From a virus (lineage: Duplodnaviria > Caudoviricetes): 25,096 nucleotides of DNA. Shown one piece after another: positions 24,663-25,096 of this stretch (within the stretch, counting starts at the first letter, position 1; every line of letters starts with the position of its first letter). The notes under the pieces are model-generated. The model made no database searches, had not been told where the DNA came from, and worked only from the letters and a program-made list of their open reading frames with translations. The stretch lies in the IMG/VR virus record IMGVR_UViG_3300022862_000027, positions 1 to 25,096 of that record. The stretch is one strand, 5' to 3'. A program made the translations under genes and the position numbers.

Positions 24663-24739
24663 TGGTGGGCCCACACGGACTTGAACCGTGGACCAAAGGA
24701 TTATGAGTCCTCTGCTCTAACCAACTGAGCTATAGGCCC
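24663..24739 (-). tRNA. ileX: tRNA with CAU anticodon, Ile2 (lysidine) type; prophage attachment site
   Basis: 77 nt GGGCCTATAGCTCAGTTGGTTAGAGCAGAGGACTCATAATCCTTTGGTCCACGGTTCAAGTCCGTGTGGGCCCACCA. Cloverleaf with encoded CCA. Paired 1:72, so not initiator; C4:G69 and C5:G68 as in TilS substrates. Confidence 0.93.
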
Positions 24740-24745
24740 TCAGTA

Positions 24746-24759
24746 GGCCGCGGATTATA
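24746..24759 (-). promoter_or_regulatory. tRNA promoter -10 box and GC-rich discriminator
   Basis: TATAAT (24759-54) followed by CCGCGGCC. The box contains the EAL gene stop codon. Confidence 0.7.
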
Positions 24760-25096
24760 GCGACGGTTTCTCGGCTGTGCTATCCGAAAAATCTGATACG
24801 GCTATGCGAAGAAACGTCGCGGCAAATTCCTCGGGTGGGAGCGGCAGGCTGACGATGTAGCCCTGGATCTGTTCGCAGCCCTCAGCGGCGAGGAATTGTT
24901 GCTGGGCCTGGGTTTCCACGCCTTCGGCGATCACGGTGAATTGCATGCTGCGGCCCAGGGCAATGATGGCGCGCACGATTGCCGCGTCGTGCGGGTCATC
25001 GGGCAGGCCACGGACGAAAGACTGGTCGATCTTGAGAATGTCCAGCGGCAGGCGCTTGAGGTAACTCAGCGAGGAATAACCGGTGCCGAAGTCGTC
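24755..25096 (-). CDS. Host EAL-domain (c-di-GMP phosphodiesterase) protein, C-terminal part
   Basis: [27 protein letters not shown]...IAEGVET...IQGY; runs in from the right edge. Confidence 0.95.
   Translation of the reverse strand, partial: DDFGTGYSSLSYLKRLPLDILKIDQSFVRGLPDDPHDAAIVRAIIALGRSMQFTVIAEGVETQAQQQFLAAEGCEQIQGYIVSLPLPPEEFAATFLRIAVSDFSDSTAEKPSL

Noticed and set aside
24663-24739. tRNA-Met or initiator tRNA assignment
   Set aside because: It has a paired 1:72 and lacks the three consecutive G:C anticodon-stem pairs of the initiator. Overall sequence and acceptor pairs fit the Ile2 class better than elongator Met.

Overview
Most of this window (1 to ~24662) is a temperate, contractile-tailed P2-superfamily prophage with the HP1/K139-type gene order. 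It is integrated at the 3' end of a CAU-anticodon tRNA (Ile2/ileX type, 24663-24739, minus strand), which lies downstream of a host EAL-domain gene. GC content and an AmrZ-like gene suggest a Pseudomonas-like host (inference). From right to left the prophage carries a tyrosine integrase with candidate arm sites, a P2 C-type repressor and cox switch, an 884-aa Zn-finger/TOPRIM/P-loop primase-helicase, and an iteron-rich origin with 12 GGAACA copies. Five small early accessory genes follow, then an AT-rich candidate cos region, an ogr-like activator, portal and terminase. The late operon then covers head, tail, lysis, tape measure, baseplate and fibre genes; the other prophage end is outside the window. 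The main observations are: (1) a P4-like primase-helicase plus iteron origin in place of the P2 rolling-circle A gene; (2) one palindromic operator (TGTATGTACATACA) shared by the early promoter and the ogr leader; (3) a dyad exactly equidistant from two divergent late -10 boxes; (4) a 242-nt terminase/portal overlap that one stop-loss base would explain; (5) an A_AAA_AAG -1 frameshift in the tail chaperone; (6) an uncharacterised early cassette with a duplicated 19-bp RBS/start module, a 97-aa P-loop protein and an AmrZ-like protein. No CRISPR array, DGR, invertase or recognisable defence system was seen. All family assignments come from motif recognition and synteny, not database searches.
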